A model generated the notes under the pieces. It was not told the DNA's origin, did not search any database, and was given only the letters and a program-made list of their open reading frames with translations. DNA of 61,225 bases from positions 1-61,225 of the forward strand of contig CATNBF010000005.1 in assembly GCA_950096895.1 (NCBI GenBank). Direction: 5' to 3'. Numbering within the stretch: position 1 is the stretch's first letter; each line of letters begins with the position of its first letter. Both the position numbers and the translations under genes were made by a program. Origin of the DNA: an uncultured bacterium (GTDB taxonomy: Bacteria; Pseudomonadota; Alphaproteobacteria; Rs-D84). Below are positions 43,950 through 53,915 of this stretch, piece after piece.

Positions 43950-44381
43950 GATTTCTTTTCATCCTTGTATTCTTGAAATTTGCTGTCAATTTTGTTTTGG
44001 GCATCGATAAACTGGGGGGGCGGGTCATATCATATTCCGGATCCACCATGCGGCCTGTGGCATCGTATGTTATTTGGCCAGGCTACAGCATCCGCATATA
44101 TTCCTCAACACGTCGGACGATCGTGTCATGGTTGGGGTTCATTTTATTGGCATAGGCGTCTGATTGCATTAATCGCGCCACTAAAGTCTGGGATTTTTGG
44201 CATTGTTTACTCTCCGTCTGGGTGTTAAAAAAAACGCCCACATGGGGCGCATAATAAAAAGGGAAACGGCGGGAAATCCCGCCGTAATCATGAATTTATC
44301 ATAACACAAAACGGCATAAAAATCAATAGAAAACATAAACCCCTTGCAAAAAGAAACAAAACCTGTATAATGCCCATCCGT

Positions 44382-44471
44382 GGAGACGTGGCAGAGTGGT
44401 TGAATGCGCGCGACTCGAAATCGTGTATACGGGCAACCGTATCGGGGGTTCAAATCCCTCCGTCTCCGCCA
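44382..44471 (+). tRNA. tRNA-Ser(CGA)
   Basis: GGAGACG/CGTCTCC, CGCGA-CTCGAAA-TCGTG, long variable arm, CCA; promoter TTGCAA-16-TATAAT at 44344-44371. Confidence 0.96.
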
Positions 44472-44743
44472 TTATTATAAAATGCGCCAACGGTGTATTT
44501 TATAATAATGCTGGCACAGGGGATGCAGAACACCCGATACGGGGGTTCACTATGAGTAATCGAAACCGAGTGATAACGAAGGTTGAGAGCTAACGAATGC
44601 CGCGCATGCACCATGAAATGGTGACAAGTGACTACGACTAGGCGAGACAAGTGAAGCATAGTCGAGCCGTTAGGAGTGCTGCGCAGGAACCATGAAATGG
44701 TGCCCAGCGAAATCCCTCCGTCTCCGCCATTATTATAAAATGC
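44452..44743 (+). mobile_element. 258-bp non-coding tRNA-associated insert bounded by 34-bp direct repeats
   Basis: AAATCCCTCCGTCTCCGCCATTATTATAAAATGC at 44452-44485 and 44710-44743. Confidence 0.75.
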
Positions 44744-44801
44744 CCATGGATATGGCATTTTAATTTTATAATTTATATATTCATTATATCGGTGGTAAAA
44801 A

Positions 44802-45146
44802 ATGAAAACGTTTAACGAACAGGTTTACGATATTGTGGCGCGCATCCCATCCGGGCGCGTGGCGACGTTTGGGCAAATTGCCCGTATGATTGGGCGGCCA
44901 CGGATGGCACGCTTTGTCGGGTACGCATCGAATAACAAGGCGTCATGGCATCTGCCGTGGCATCGCGTGGTGTTCAAGGATGGATCCCTGTGCGGTGCGG
45001 GATTCTTTGAACAACAATTAAAAGCCCTGAAAGCCGAAGGTGTCAAGTTCGACGCGGATCACAAAGTCATCATGGAACAATTTCAATGGGACCCGGACCG
45101 TGACGGCATGCCGATGGACATTCGGGATTTACCGTTGGTGTTTTAA
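44802..45146 (+). CDS. alkyltransferase-like (ATL/YbaZ) MGMT family protein
   Basis: IPSGRVATFGQIA, ARFVG, LPWHRVV (Trp replaces the catalytic Cys). Confidence 0.9.
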   Translation: MKTFNEQVYDIVARIPSGRVATFGQIARMIGRPRMARFVGYASNNKASWHLPWHRVVFKDGSLCGAGFFEQQLKALKAEGVKFDADHKVIMEQFQWDPDRDGMPMDIRDLPLVF

Positions 45147-46296
45147 GAGACGCGAACGCGCCGGTTGACCCGCATGGCAACCAGGGTGGCCCCTAGGTAA
45201 ATCAACACCAGTCCAATGGTATACCACGTTAACCCCAGGGGAATGTTGGGCAAAAACGCAACACCAATCAATCCGACGAACATCACAATGCGCCCCAAAT
45301 CAATCGAAAATTCGCGCAGGGTCAGGAATTCTTTTTCATATGATGGGATAACGCGGAACAACGTATAAGTGATGGGTTCGTACACCAATTTTAATAATTC
45401 ATGACCCAATGTAAAGCAAAGGCAGTAAATCAAGAAGTTTAATTCGGTTAAGTTCATCAAGGCCCATAAACAGATTCCCAACAGAATCAGACCAATCATA
45501 AAAATAGAGCGAAAATGCTTCTGCGACCCAAATCGGCCGAATAAAAATCGAAAGACAATCAATCCGAGCATCAATCCTGAATTAATCAGTCCCAGACTAA
45601 GATCCGTTTTGAATAAATAGACGATTAGCATGGTCTGGACAACGGTCAAAACCATGATAGACCCATATAAAAATTCCCCCAGCAAAAACAGGCTAATCGC
45701 CCGATGATATTTGGACTTTTTATACGCGGCATAAAATTCTCGTATATTAAACACCGGACACTGGATCGGGGTGGGTGGTTCCTGAATCCATGTGGATATC
45801 AACATTATCCCCAGGCATACAATCAAAATGACAATCGCCATCTGGGATACGAATATTGGCCCAGCAAGAATCTGCACAGTGCCGGAAAACATACCTTGAC
45901 CAGTGATCCAAAAATAGTGCGGTAACTGCTGAACTTTATTTGGTTCTTTATCAGGGATGTCTGCATATAGTTAAGTCCCAACGCTATCAACCCGATTGCC
46001 AATCCATAGACGGTACCCATAATCCAAACAAAGTTCAAGGCATCTGTTCCCGTCACGCCAATCACCGCCATCAATCCCATGCAAATAATTAATCCCCACC
46101 GATAAATCCGGGCGATGGATACGGATTTGAAAAAACAACATGCGAAATAGAATGACACAAAAACGAATATAGAAAAAAAGATATTATAGATGGTCACCGA
46201 AATAATAGGATTGGCATAGATACGCATAATATACGATGTCATAAATACGTTAAGAAACGAATCAGGAATCCAGCTTAGGGACTTTAGCGCAACCAA
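45143..46296 (-). pseudogene. MFS-like transporter, frameshifted
   Basis: Two multi-TM ORFs join as ...GQYSYPQMAIV... if the C3 run (45844-45846) were C4. Confidence 0.7.
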
Positions 46297-46357
46297 CGGC
46301 CAAAATTTTTACCAAGTTGTCCAAGTTTCTTCATTTTTATTCTCGTTTGTTTTTTTC

Positions 46358-47374
46358 TTATATTATTCCGGCGCGACTAAGGGCGGCAAATGCCTTTTTC
46401 ATTAATGTTGATGTGGGATACACACCCAAATCGTCGGGCGATACAAAGACACCGTCGATGCCGGGCGCGTCACATTCAATAACATGCAATTCCAAGGTCA
46501 ACTTAAAATGTGTAAAGGTATGCATAACGCAAATGCCGGTGTCTGTTCCCGGTGTGTCAATGACCGGGGTACCGTCGTCGGTCCAGGGGGCTTCGTACAA
46601 TCCGGCCAACAGGCCACGTCCCGTCCGCCGGCGGATAAAGATTTGACCACCATGGTTTTTGATGATGTATGCCCGACCGATTTTTTCTTTCTTTTGTAAT
46701 TTAAGAATAACTGGAATACGGTCAACCGTACCATCCTGGTGCGTCATACAATGATTTCGTAATGGGCATGTATCGCATGATGGATTTTTTGGTGTACATA
46801 CAGTTGCACCAAAGTCCATAATCGCCGATGCATAATCGGCCGGGCGATCCCGACTGGTTAATGTATCTGCGGCGGCACGAATTTGATCCATGATTGTTGC
46901 CACAGGCACATCCCATCCATTCAGACGACATATGACACGCACCACATTCCCATCAACCACAGGTTCAGGTTGGTTGAACGCCAATGACAAAATACTGGCC
47001 GCGGTATACGGACCAATTCCCGGCATGCGGATTAATGCGTCACGTGTGGATGGAAATTGTCCATCCAAATCATGGGCAATCATTTGGGCGGTGCGATGTA
47101 ACGATCGGGCGCGTGAATAATATCCCAATCCAGCCCACAGCGAATAAACATATTCATCCGACGCATTGGCCAAATCTTGTATTGTTGGACACGCATCCAT
47201 AAACCGTGAAAAATACGATTCTACGGTGGCAACTGTTGTCTGTTGCAGCATGAATTCAGAAACCAACACATGATATGGGTTGGGATGCGCACCGCCCCGA
47301 TGTCGCCATGGTAAATCACGGCCACATTTATCGAACCAGTCCAGTAATAATTGTGTTTCTGGGATTAATGACAT
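46358..47374 (-). CDS. mutY: A/G-specific adenine glycosylase
   Basis: RDLPWR, VSEFMLQQT, WAGLGYYSRAR, PGIGPYTA, VDGNVVRV, CTPKNPSCDTCPLRNHC. Confidence 0.95.
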   Translation of the reverse strand: MSLIPETQLLLDWFDKCGRDLPWRHRGGAHPNPYHVLVSEFMLQQTTVATVESYFSRFMDACPTIQDLANASDEYVYSLWAGLGYYSRARSLHRTAQMIAHDLDGQFPSTRDALIRMPGIGPYTAASILSLAFNQPEPVVDGNVVRVICRLNGWDVPVATIMDQIRAAADTLTSRDRPADYASAIMDFGATVCTPKNPSCDTCPLRNHCMTHQDGTVDRIPVILKLQKKEKIGRAYIIKNHGGQIFIRRRTGRGLLAGLYEAPWTDDGTPVIDTPGTDTGICVMHTFTHFKLTLELHVIECDAPGIDGVFVSPDDLGVYPTSTLMKKAFAALSRAGII

Positions 47375-47532
47375 GAATTAAATCATGGGTAAAAGTCGCA
47401 TAAATGTCAATAAAAAATAGAAATAAATCCCCAATCAATAATCCCAAGGAATACAAAAGAATAAAAGCCCAAAATCATGCTTGTAAAAAATTGATGAATA
47501 CTTTATAATCCGTGGTGTTGCGGGAAATTTAC

Positions 47533-47657
47533 CTATGCCTAATCCAAAGGGACGTTTTTCTGGCATAGTTTTTGAACATTAAAAATCCCGGATTTCTGCA
47601 CTTTTTTATCCCCCGTACTATGCCTAATCTAAACGTCGGTTTTTTATGCGCAATAAT
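47533..47657 (+). repeat. CTATGCC three-arm palindromic leader element, copy C
   Basis: Near-identical to the reverse complement of 11556-11678; follows TTGTAA-17-TATAAT (47481-47509); arm 3 contains the ATG at 47620. Confidence 0.9.
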
Positions 47658-49347
47658 CATGACCACGGCATCGGCATATGCCACAGGATACACATGTCTC
47701 ACATCAAAAAGATACACATCATGCAATACCGGTTATTACATGACGGGTGGAACCGGGGCCGGAAACGCATGTACCGCGTGTCCCGCGGGATGCACGTGTT
47801 CTGATAATACAACACCCACGTGTTGCAGCACGTCAAAGTCATGCGCCAGCCTGGGTACCGGTTGGACCGGTACGTATAATGAATGTACTGGAACCCAAGG
47901 ATCTGCATGCTCTAAACCTTGTTCCGTAACATGCAGTGGGAATAACACCGCACAATGTCCCGCAAATGCCAATTGTACGTATAACACCACATACCAATAT
48001 ACCGCAACCCAGTATTATGGCGGAAATTGTAATGCGTCTGGCACATGCCCAATGTCAACATTTACATGCAATTCTGGATTTCACCCAGATGGGAACACCT
48101 GTGTTTCAAATACCAAGCCGTGTTCTGGCAATTTAACCGATGCCACAGGCGGAAACATCGTATGGAATGGATCAAAATGGGATTATTCTGGGTGCACAAA
48201 ATCATGTGACGGGAATGGTATTGCACATGGTCTGGCGTATTTCGATGGTGATGCATGGGGCACATGTCGTCCAGAATCAACAACATACGGATGTCATTGG
48301 GGATATTACAACGACAATGGACAATCATGTAAAACATGCCCCGCAGGATCTTGGTGTTGGAATTATACGCAGCCATGTCCGGCGGGCTATTTCTGTCCAG
48401 TGGGGATATATGATCCCACATACGATGGATATAATGATAAATATAAATGCCCCCCAGGATATACCAGTGATGCCGGCGCAAAAGGTTCTGATAAATGTTA
48501 TAAATCATGTACCCGTTCATGCACACCCCAGACATGTCCCGCCAACGCCACATGTACACACCAAGAAACATCCCCAACATCTGGGATCGAGTATAATGGC
48601 GGTACATGCGATGCCCCGGCGTCGGCATGCCCCATGACATTTACGTGCAATCCCGGCTATTACGGCAGCAGTGCGAACAACGACACATCTTGTGCCGATT
48701 GTGGCCCCGGCAATTATTGTACCGGCGGCACCCATCGCGCCACATGCGAATCAACCATCCCAGATAACGCACCAGAACCACGTAAAATTAGCACCCTATA
48801 TAACGGCAATTGGGATGATCGTGATAAACATGGCACAAAAATCAGTGATTACATCTGTGATTGGTATTTTGACGATGAAACACGTACAGAATATTTACAA
48901 CAGGCCCGATGTTCGGCCGGCCCCGAAGGGTACAAATACACACATTACTATTGGTGCCGCCCGGGATATTATGCATCGGGGCCATTGACATGGGGAAACT
49001 GGTACACGGAATGTCTTGCGTGCACAAATAAACCTGATCATGCACACTTTACCAATTATGGAACCCCGTCTGCCGCAAGTGCAGTCGAAGACAATTGCCC
49101 ATGGGCATGTGATGCGGGATATGGTAAAACATCAAATAATACATGTGCCCAAATGTGTATGTCGGGAATTACATACTTAAAAAGTAATGGAATCAGTGTG
49201 CCGTTATACGCCACCCCACAAACCAGTCCCGCCAACAATGTTCAATTACCGGGTCAAAGTATCTGTTATGGGTCACTGGCAACTGGGGGCGGGGCGGATG
49301 CGATCAATATCCAATTTAATGGCACAATATATCATTCGATACAATAA
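47620..49347 (+). CDS. secreted Cys-rich repeat surface protein
   Basis: MPNLNVGFLCAIIMTTASAYA signal peptide; CPAGSWC/CPAGYFCPVG/CGPGNYCTGG repeats; distinct C-terminal domain. Confidence 0.85.
   Translation: MPNLNVGFLCAIIMTTASAYATGYTCLTSKRYTSCNTGYYMTGGTGAGNACTACPAGCTCSDNTTPTCCSTSKSCASLGTGWTGTYNECTGTQGSACSKPCSVTCSGNNTAQCPANANCTYNTTYQYTATQYYGGNCNASGTCPMSTFTCNSGFHPDGNTCVSNTKPCSGNLTDATGGNIVWNGSKWDYSGCTKSCDGNGIAHGLAYFDGDAWGTCRPESTTYGCHWGYYNDNGQSCKTCPAGSWCWNYTQPCPAGYFCPVGIYDPTYDGYNDKYKCPPGYTSDAGAKGSDKCYKSCTRSCTPQTCPANATCTHQETSPTSGIEYNGGTCDAPASACPMTFTCNPGYYGSSANNDTSCADCGPGNYCTGGTHRATCESTIPDNAPEPRKISTLYNGNWDDRDKHGTKISDYICDWYFDDETRTEYLQQARCSAGPEGYKYTHYYWCRPGYYASGPLTWGNWYTECLACTNKPDHAHFTNYGTPSAASAVEDNCPWACDAGYGKTSNNTCAQMCMSGITYLKSNGISVPLYATPQTSPANNVQLPGQSICYGSLATGGGADAINIQFNGTIYHSIQ
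47851..48033 (+). repeat. 183-bp intragenic cassette shared (inverted) with 25252-25434
   Basis: Encodes LGTGWTGTYNEC...TATQYYGGNCN in both genes. Confidence 0.92.
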
Positions 49348-49372
49348 AAAACCCGGTTAAAACCGGGATCTT

Positions 49373-50161
49373 TTATTTACCAGACTTTTTGGTGCCTTTG
49401 CTTTTCTTGGGTGAATGCGCGTCGGTTGATTTTGAACGAATTTTGTTAAAGATCATATCGGCATCCAGTGCCCGAAACGTCATAAACCATGCCGGGATAT
49501 GCCATTCTGGATTCGTATTGGCGATACGTTCCCGGACACCGGCTGTCGTATTTGGGGCCGCCACCAGGACTTCGTCGCCCGGCACCCAATCGGCCGGCGC
49601 AGAAAACCCAAATGCATCCGTCATCTGTAATGCGATCAGGGCGCGTTTAATTTCTGCAAAGTTTCGTCCCAATGACGGCGGATAATAAATGATCGCCCGT
49701 ATTTTAGATTTCGGATCAATAATAAAGACCGCACGAACAGCGGCATTTGCCATGGCATTGGGGTGTACCATTCCATATTTCTTGGCAATTTCCATGGTTG
49801 GATCGGCAATCACCGGAAATGTGATTTCCATGTTCTTCCAACCACGAAAAACAACCTGGTTCTTGATGGCCTGGATCCATGCCAAGTGCGATGGAATTGT
49901 TCCGACCGACAGTCCCAATAATTCCGTATTCAATTCATTAAATTCAGACTGCATGGCCTGGAACGTCATAAATTCCGATGTGCACACAGATGTAAAGTCA
50001 GATGGGTGCGAAAACAAGATTACCCATTTACCGCGATAATCATCGGGAAATTTAATTGGCCCATTTGTCGTTTCGGCGGTAAATTCCGGGGCCATATCCC
50101 CAATCAGCGGCATTTTTGCCGTCACCACATCATCCCCACATATGTTAAATATATCATCCAT
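49373..50161 (-). CDS. peroxiredoxin (Prx6/AhpC-TSA type)
   Basis: LFSHPSDFTSVCTSEF, VRAVFIIDP, GRNFAEIKR, PADW.PG. Confidence 0.92.
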   Translation of the reverse strand: MDDIFNICGDDVVTAKMPLIGDMAPEFTAETTNGPIKFPDDYRGKWVILFSHPSDFTSVCTSEFMTFQAMQSEFNELNTELLGLSVGTIPSHLAWIQAIKNQVVFRGWKNMEITFPVIADPTMEIAKKYGMVHPNAMANAAVRAVFIIDPKSKIRAIIYYPPSLGRNFAEIKRALIALQMTDAFGFSAPADWVPGDEVLVAAPNTTAGVRERIANTNPEWHIPAWFMTFRALDADMIFNKIRSKSTDAHSPKKSKGTKKSGK

Positions 50162-50310
50162 TTTATCTCTCCGTTAATTTAATTAAATGCGCATATGATA
50201 TTTTATCATGACCATCGACGGCATCGTACAGGATAGACTTCATAAAACTTTGTTCTTGAAAAAATGCGCAATGAATATAAAATAGAGTCGAAACAAGAAA
50301 GGGGAAAACG

Positions 50311-50589
50311 ATGAAACGTTCAGATGTTGTTCGTTCAATTCAGGTTCAATTCAAACATATGCGCACCACGGACGCGGCCGCAATGGTTGATACTGTTATT
50401 GATCACATCATTCAATCCATCGCCGATGGTCATCGTATAGAGGTTCGCGGTTTCGGCACATTTCAACCACGCGTTCGCGCCCCAAAGGTTGGGTATAATC
50501 CATGCACGGGGCAACCAATGCATCTGGATGCAGGCAAAACAATTTTGTTCAAGCCCAGCCGTGAATTAACAAAAAAAATGAATGGATAA
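50311..50589 (+). CDS. ihfB: HU/IHF family DNA-binding protein (IHF beta-like)
   Basis: RIEVRGFGTF, GYNPCTG, FKPSREL. Confidence 0.75.
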   Translation: MKRSDVVRSIQVQFKHMRTTDAAAMVDTVIDHIIQSIADGHRIEVRGFGTFQPRVRAPKVGYNPCTGQPMHLDAGKTILFKPSRELTKKMNG

Positions 50590-50592
50590 CAA

Positions 50593-52335
50593 ATGTTATT
50601 TGGTAAAAAATCTGGGATTAAAAACAAGAATCGCGAACGCTATGAACGCGTGCGCCGCCTGATGTGGTTAAAGTGTGAATCGTGCGGAAAACTGGTCTAT
50701 TACCGGGATTATAAAAATAATCTGTATATTTGCCCGAATTGCAATCGTGCCTTTATCATGACGCCAAAGCAGCGATTTGACCTGTTATTTGATGACAAGA
50801 ATTGGGAACGGTTTACATTACCGACCGTTACCGATGATCCGTTAAATTTTGTTGACCGGGCGGCGTACAAGGATCTCTTGGCCGAAGCACGTGCCGACAC
50901 AGGAACCTTTGATGCGATTTCGACCGCAGATGGCAATATCGGGGGCGTGCCGTCAACCGTATGCGTGTTGAACGGTGAATTTATGATGGGATCTATGGGC
51001 CGTGCCGCCGGGGATGCCATCGTGGCCAGTATGGAACACGCCATCGAAACACGGCGTCCGTTTATCATGGTGACATCCAGTGGCGGTGCCCGTATGCAAG
51101 AAAATATCTTATCATTAATGCAAATGGCCCGCACAACTGTTGCTGTCAATAAATTGCACGCCAATGGTATTCCGTATATCGTTGTCTTAACCGATCCGAC
51201 ATTTGGGGGCGTTACGGCATCGTTTGCCATGTTGGGGGATATCCACATTGCCGAACGGGGCGCGCGCATTGGCTTTGCCGGTCGACGTGTAATCGAACAA
51301 AACATTCGTGAAAAATTACCGGCAAATTTCCAAACCGCAGAATACCTGTACGAACATGGTATGGTGGATATGGTTGTGGCACGAAATGAATTAAAAGGCG
51401 CGTTGGAAAAAATCTTGCATGTTTTAACCAAACAGCCGCGCGACCCAAAACCTATTTCGGTTGTAACCCCAGAATTTGATACATCCAAAAAAATTCGCGG
51501 TATGGGTGAAAATGATGCCTATGACAAAGTTTTGTTGGCCCGTCATGAAAACCGCCCGCATTTCTTGGATTATATTAACGGGATTGTCGATGAATGGACA
51601 TACTTGGCGGGGGATCGCCTGTATGCCGAAGATCCTGCGATGGGCAGTGGTATCGGATATTGGCGTGGCATCCCGGCGGTTATCATTGGGCAAGAACAAG
51701 GGCGCACCATTGAAACCCGCCAAAAGCATCGCTTTGGCATGGCCAATCCCGATGGATATCGCAAGGCACAGCGCATGATGCGCTTGGGCGAAAAATTCGG
51801 ATTGCCGGTGATTTCACTGTTTGATACGGCGGGTGCTTTTGCCGGCCGCGAAGGTGAAGAACGCGGTCAATCCCAGGCGGTTGCCACATCGATTTCAACT
51901 GGATTGGATATCAAGACACCATATGTCGCCGTCAATGTTGGCCAGGGTGGTTCTGGTGGTGCCATTGCCATTGGAACGGGGGACCGGATATTAATGCTGG
52001 AAAATGCGATTTATTCGGTAATCGCCCCGGAATCCTGCGCCAGTATTCGTTGGCGTGATAACAAGTTCAAGGCCGATGCCGCGGCCGCGATGAAGCTGAC
52101 GGCGCGTGATATGGCCGACTTGAACGTCATTGACCAGATCATCAGCGAACCGGCCGGTGGGGCCCATACAGACTGGCAGACCACAATGGAACTGCTGGGG
52201 GCGGCAGTGGCGGATAATATCCGTGATCTGGAAAAAACACCACGAAACGAATTACCGGTCCGTCGTGCAGATAAATTTATCGCCATGACGCGTGATGTAG
52301 AAATCTATGGCCCGGAACACAAAACCGAACAATAA
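50593..52335 (+). CDS. accDA: fused acetyl-CoA carboxylase carboxyltransferase beta-alpha (AccD-AccA)
   Basis: WLKCESC...CPNC zinc finger, SGGARMQE, GFAGRRVIEQ; then ARHENRP, FGMANPDGYRKA, YSVIAPESCA. Confidence 0.93.
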   Translation: MLFGKKSGIKNKNRERYERVRRLMWLKCESCGKLVYYRDYKNNLYICPNCNRAFIMTPKQRFDLLFDDKNWERFTLPTVTDDPLNFVDRAAYKDLLAEARADTGTFDAISTADGNIGGVPSTVCVLNGEFMMGSMGRAAGDAIVASMEHAIETRRPFIMVTSSGGARMQENILSLMQMARTTVAVNKLHANGIPYIVVLTDPTFGGVTASFAMLGDIHIAERGARIGFAGRRVIEQNIREKLPANFQTAEYLYEHGMVDMVVARNELKGALEKILHVLTKQPRDPKPISVVTPEFDTSKKIRGMGENDAYDKVLLARHENRPHFLDYINGIVDEWTYLAGDRLYAEDPAMGSGIGYWRGIPAVIIGQEQGRTIETRQKHRFGMANPDGYRKAQRMMRLGEKFGLPVISLFDTAGAFAGREGEERGQSQAVATSISTGLDIKTPYVAVNVGQGGSGGAIAIGTGDRILMLENAIYSVIAPESCASIRWRDNKFKADAAAAMKLTARDMADLNVIDQIISEPAGGAHTDWQTTMELLGAAVADNIRDLEKTPRNELPVRRADKFIAMTRDVEIYGPEHKTEQ

Positions 52336-52433
52336 AAAATCCCCCAATGGTGGGGGATATTTTATTCAATCTGTAACAAAATGCACCGATTTTTTTTGAA
52401 AATTGGTTTTATTGGGGGTATAATAAAGTCGCT

Positions 52434-52991
52434 ATGAAAAAAGATATGATTATTTTAATGGGTGGCCAGGGCGTTGGCAAAGGCACATTTTCTAAAATGC
52501 TGCGCGAACGTCGTGACTTGGATTATATTGAAACAGGGGCCATGTTGCGCGAATTGCCGTCGGATTCGGTTATTGCACAAATTATGGCACGTGGTGAATT
52601 GGTTCCAGATTCAGAATTATTAAAACTGGTGGAATCAAATATTAGCGGGGATCGGGATCTGTTAATTGACGGATTTCCACGCACACTGGCCCAGGCGCAA
52701 TGGTTGGTGGAAAAATTTGCCGATCAATTTAACGTTCGCGTTATTTATTTGAATGTTCCCGAAGAAATTATGGTGCAACGTATTCAAAAGCGGATGAATG
52801 ATGGCGGCGGCCGGGCCGATGATGCCGATGCTGCGGCGGTTCGGCGGCGTCTGGATACATTCTGGAATGTCACAATGCCGGCGATTGAATGGTTGCGTCA
52901 TGCATCGGGAATTCATTTCTGTGATGTTGATGTTACCAATCCATCCGCAGATGAAAATTTTGTAAAAATATTGGCTGCATTGGCCGAATAA
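52434..52991 (+). CDS. adk: adenylate kinase family
   Basis: GGQGVGKGT, GELVPD, IDGFPRTLAQA, GRADD (short LID). Confidence 0.85.
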   Translation: MKKDMIILMGGQGVGKGTFSKMLRERRDLDYIETGAMLRELPSDSVIAQIMARGELVPDSELLKLVESNISGDRDLLIDGFPRTLAQAQWLVEKFADQFNVRVIYLNVPEEIMVQRIQKRMNDGGGRADDADAAAVRRRLDTFWNVTMPAIEWLRHASGIHFCDVDVTNPSADENFVKILAALAE

Positions 52992-53027
52992 AAAAATCCC
53001 GCCCCGGCGGGATTTTTTTATAAACCT

Positions 53028-53498
53028 TTATCGACCACCACGACATAGTTTATAAATATAATCTTTTATTGCCACATTGGTATATCGATCAATAGATGCC
53101 TTGGGATCTTTATAAACATGGGCCTGGGCCAACTTTATCAATCCATCTTCGGTTATCAGTTTTTGTAACTTAATCCCCCGTGCCCCACATTGATACAATC
53201 CGTTTTGATCATTGCATTTTTCCCGAAAGACCTGGCCAATGGGTTCAATCTCAAACACATATCGAACATGCCCGAACAATCCCCGCCAGAGCAAGGCATC
53301 CAACGCATTATCACAAAAATGAATCACAGGATACGGGGCCTGGATCATACATTCTTGGGATCCAGACATGCATATATTTGTTGCTTCGAAACATCGTCCG
53401 GTCCATAAATCGGACAAGCCCCGAATATGAAATTGATCAACAAAAAATGATGTATTCTGGGCATCTCCAATATAAATAATTTTATAAAAAGTATCCAT
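53028..53498 (-). CDS. hypothetical protein
   Basis: Probable start MDTFYKII; the longer ORF call overlaps the tRNA half and its promoter. Confidence 0.55.
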   Translation of the reverse strand: MDTFYKIIYIGDAQNTSFFVDQFHIRGLSDLWTGRCFEATNICMSGSQECMIQAPYPVIHFCDNALDALLWRGLFGHVRYVFEIEPIGQVFREKCNDQNGLYQCGARGIKLQKLITEDGLIKLAQAHVYKDPKASIDRYTNVAIKDYIYKLCRGGR

Positions 53499-53557
53499 AA
53501 CGGCCCATATCTTAACCCAAAATATCATCAAATCAATTAAAATTCTAAAATTCCGAC

Positions 53558-53586
53558 TTGCAATTAACAAACGCTTTCTATATAAT
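53558..53586 (+). promoter_or_regulatory. sigma70 promoter of the interrupted tRNA-Ser
   Basis: TTGCAA-17-TATAAT. Confidence 0.8.
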
Positions 53587-53598
53587 ACGTTCCGCAGC

Positions 53599-53640
53599 GG
53601 AGCGTTGGCAGAGTGGTAATGCAGCAGATTGCTAATCTGC
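53599..53640 (+). pseudogene. 5' half of tRNA-Ser(GCT), probable att site
   Basis: GGAGCGTTGGCAGAGTGGTAATGCA-GCAGA-TTGCTAA-TCTGC, then an abrupt switch to AT-rich sequence before the integrase. Confidence 0.85.
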
Positions 53641-53915
53641 TTTTTTCTTTTTAAAAACCTCATAAAATCAATAATTTATCAATTATGTGCGCACGCCGTG
53701 GTACACCCATGGTACAAAAATCATCATAATTTACAAAAAAATACCACTAAACACCCCAAATTCTATGGTCGATATTGGTATTATATTATGTTGATGCACA
53801 AAAACTGTACCAACACCGAATTGAACGCACCCAAAAGTGCAGAAATTCAACCGACAAATCGACCTTGGACACAGATTATTTATCTGATGATCCAAAAACA
53901 GACGGGGTGTTAGCA

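Noticed and set aside
42002-46296. Homopolymer frameshifts as pure long-read error
   Set aside because: Cannot be excluded, but lesions are confined to accessory genes while long core genes are clean, so they are listed as probable pseudogenes and not promoted as phase variation
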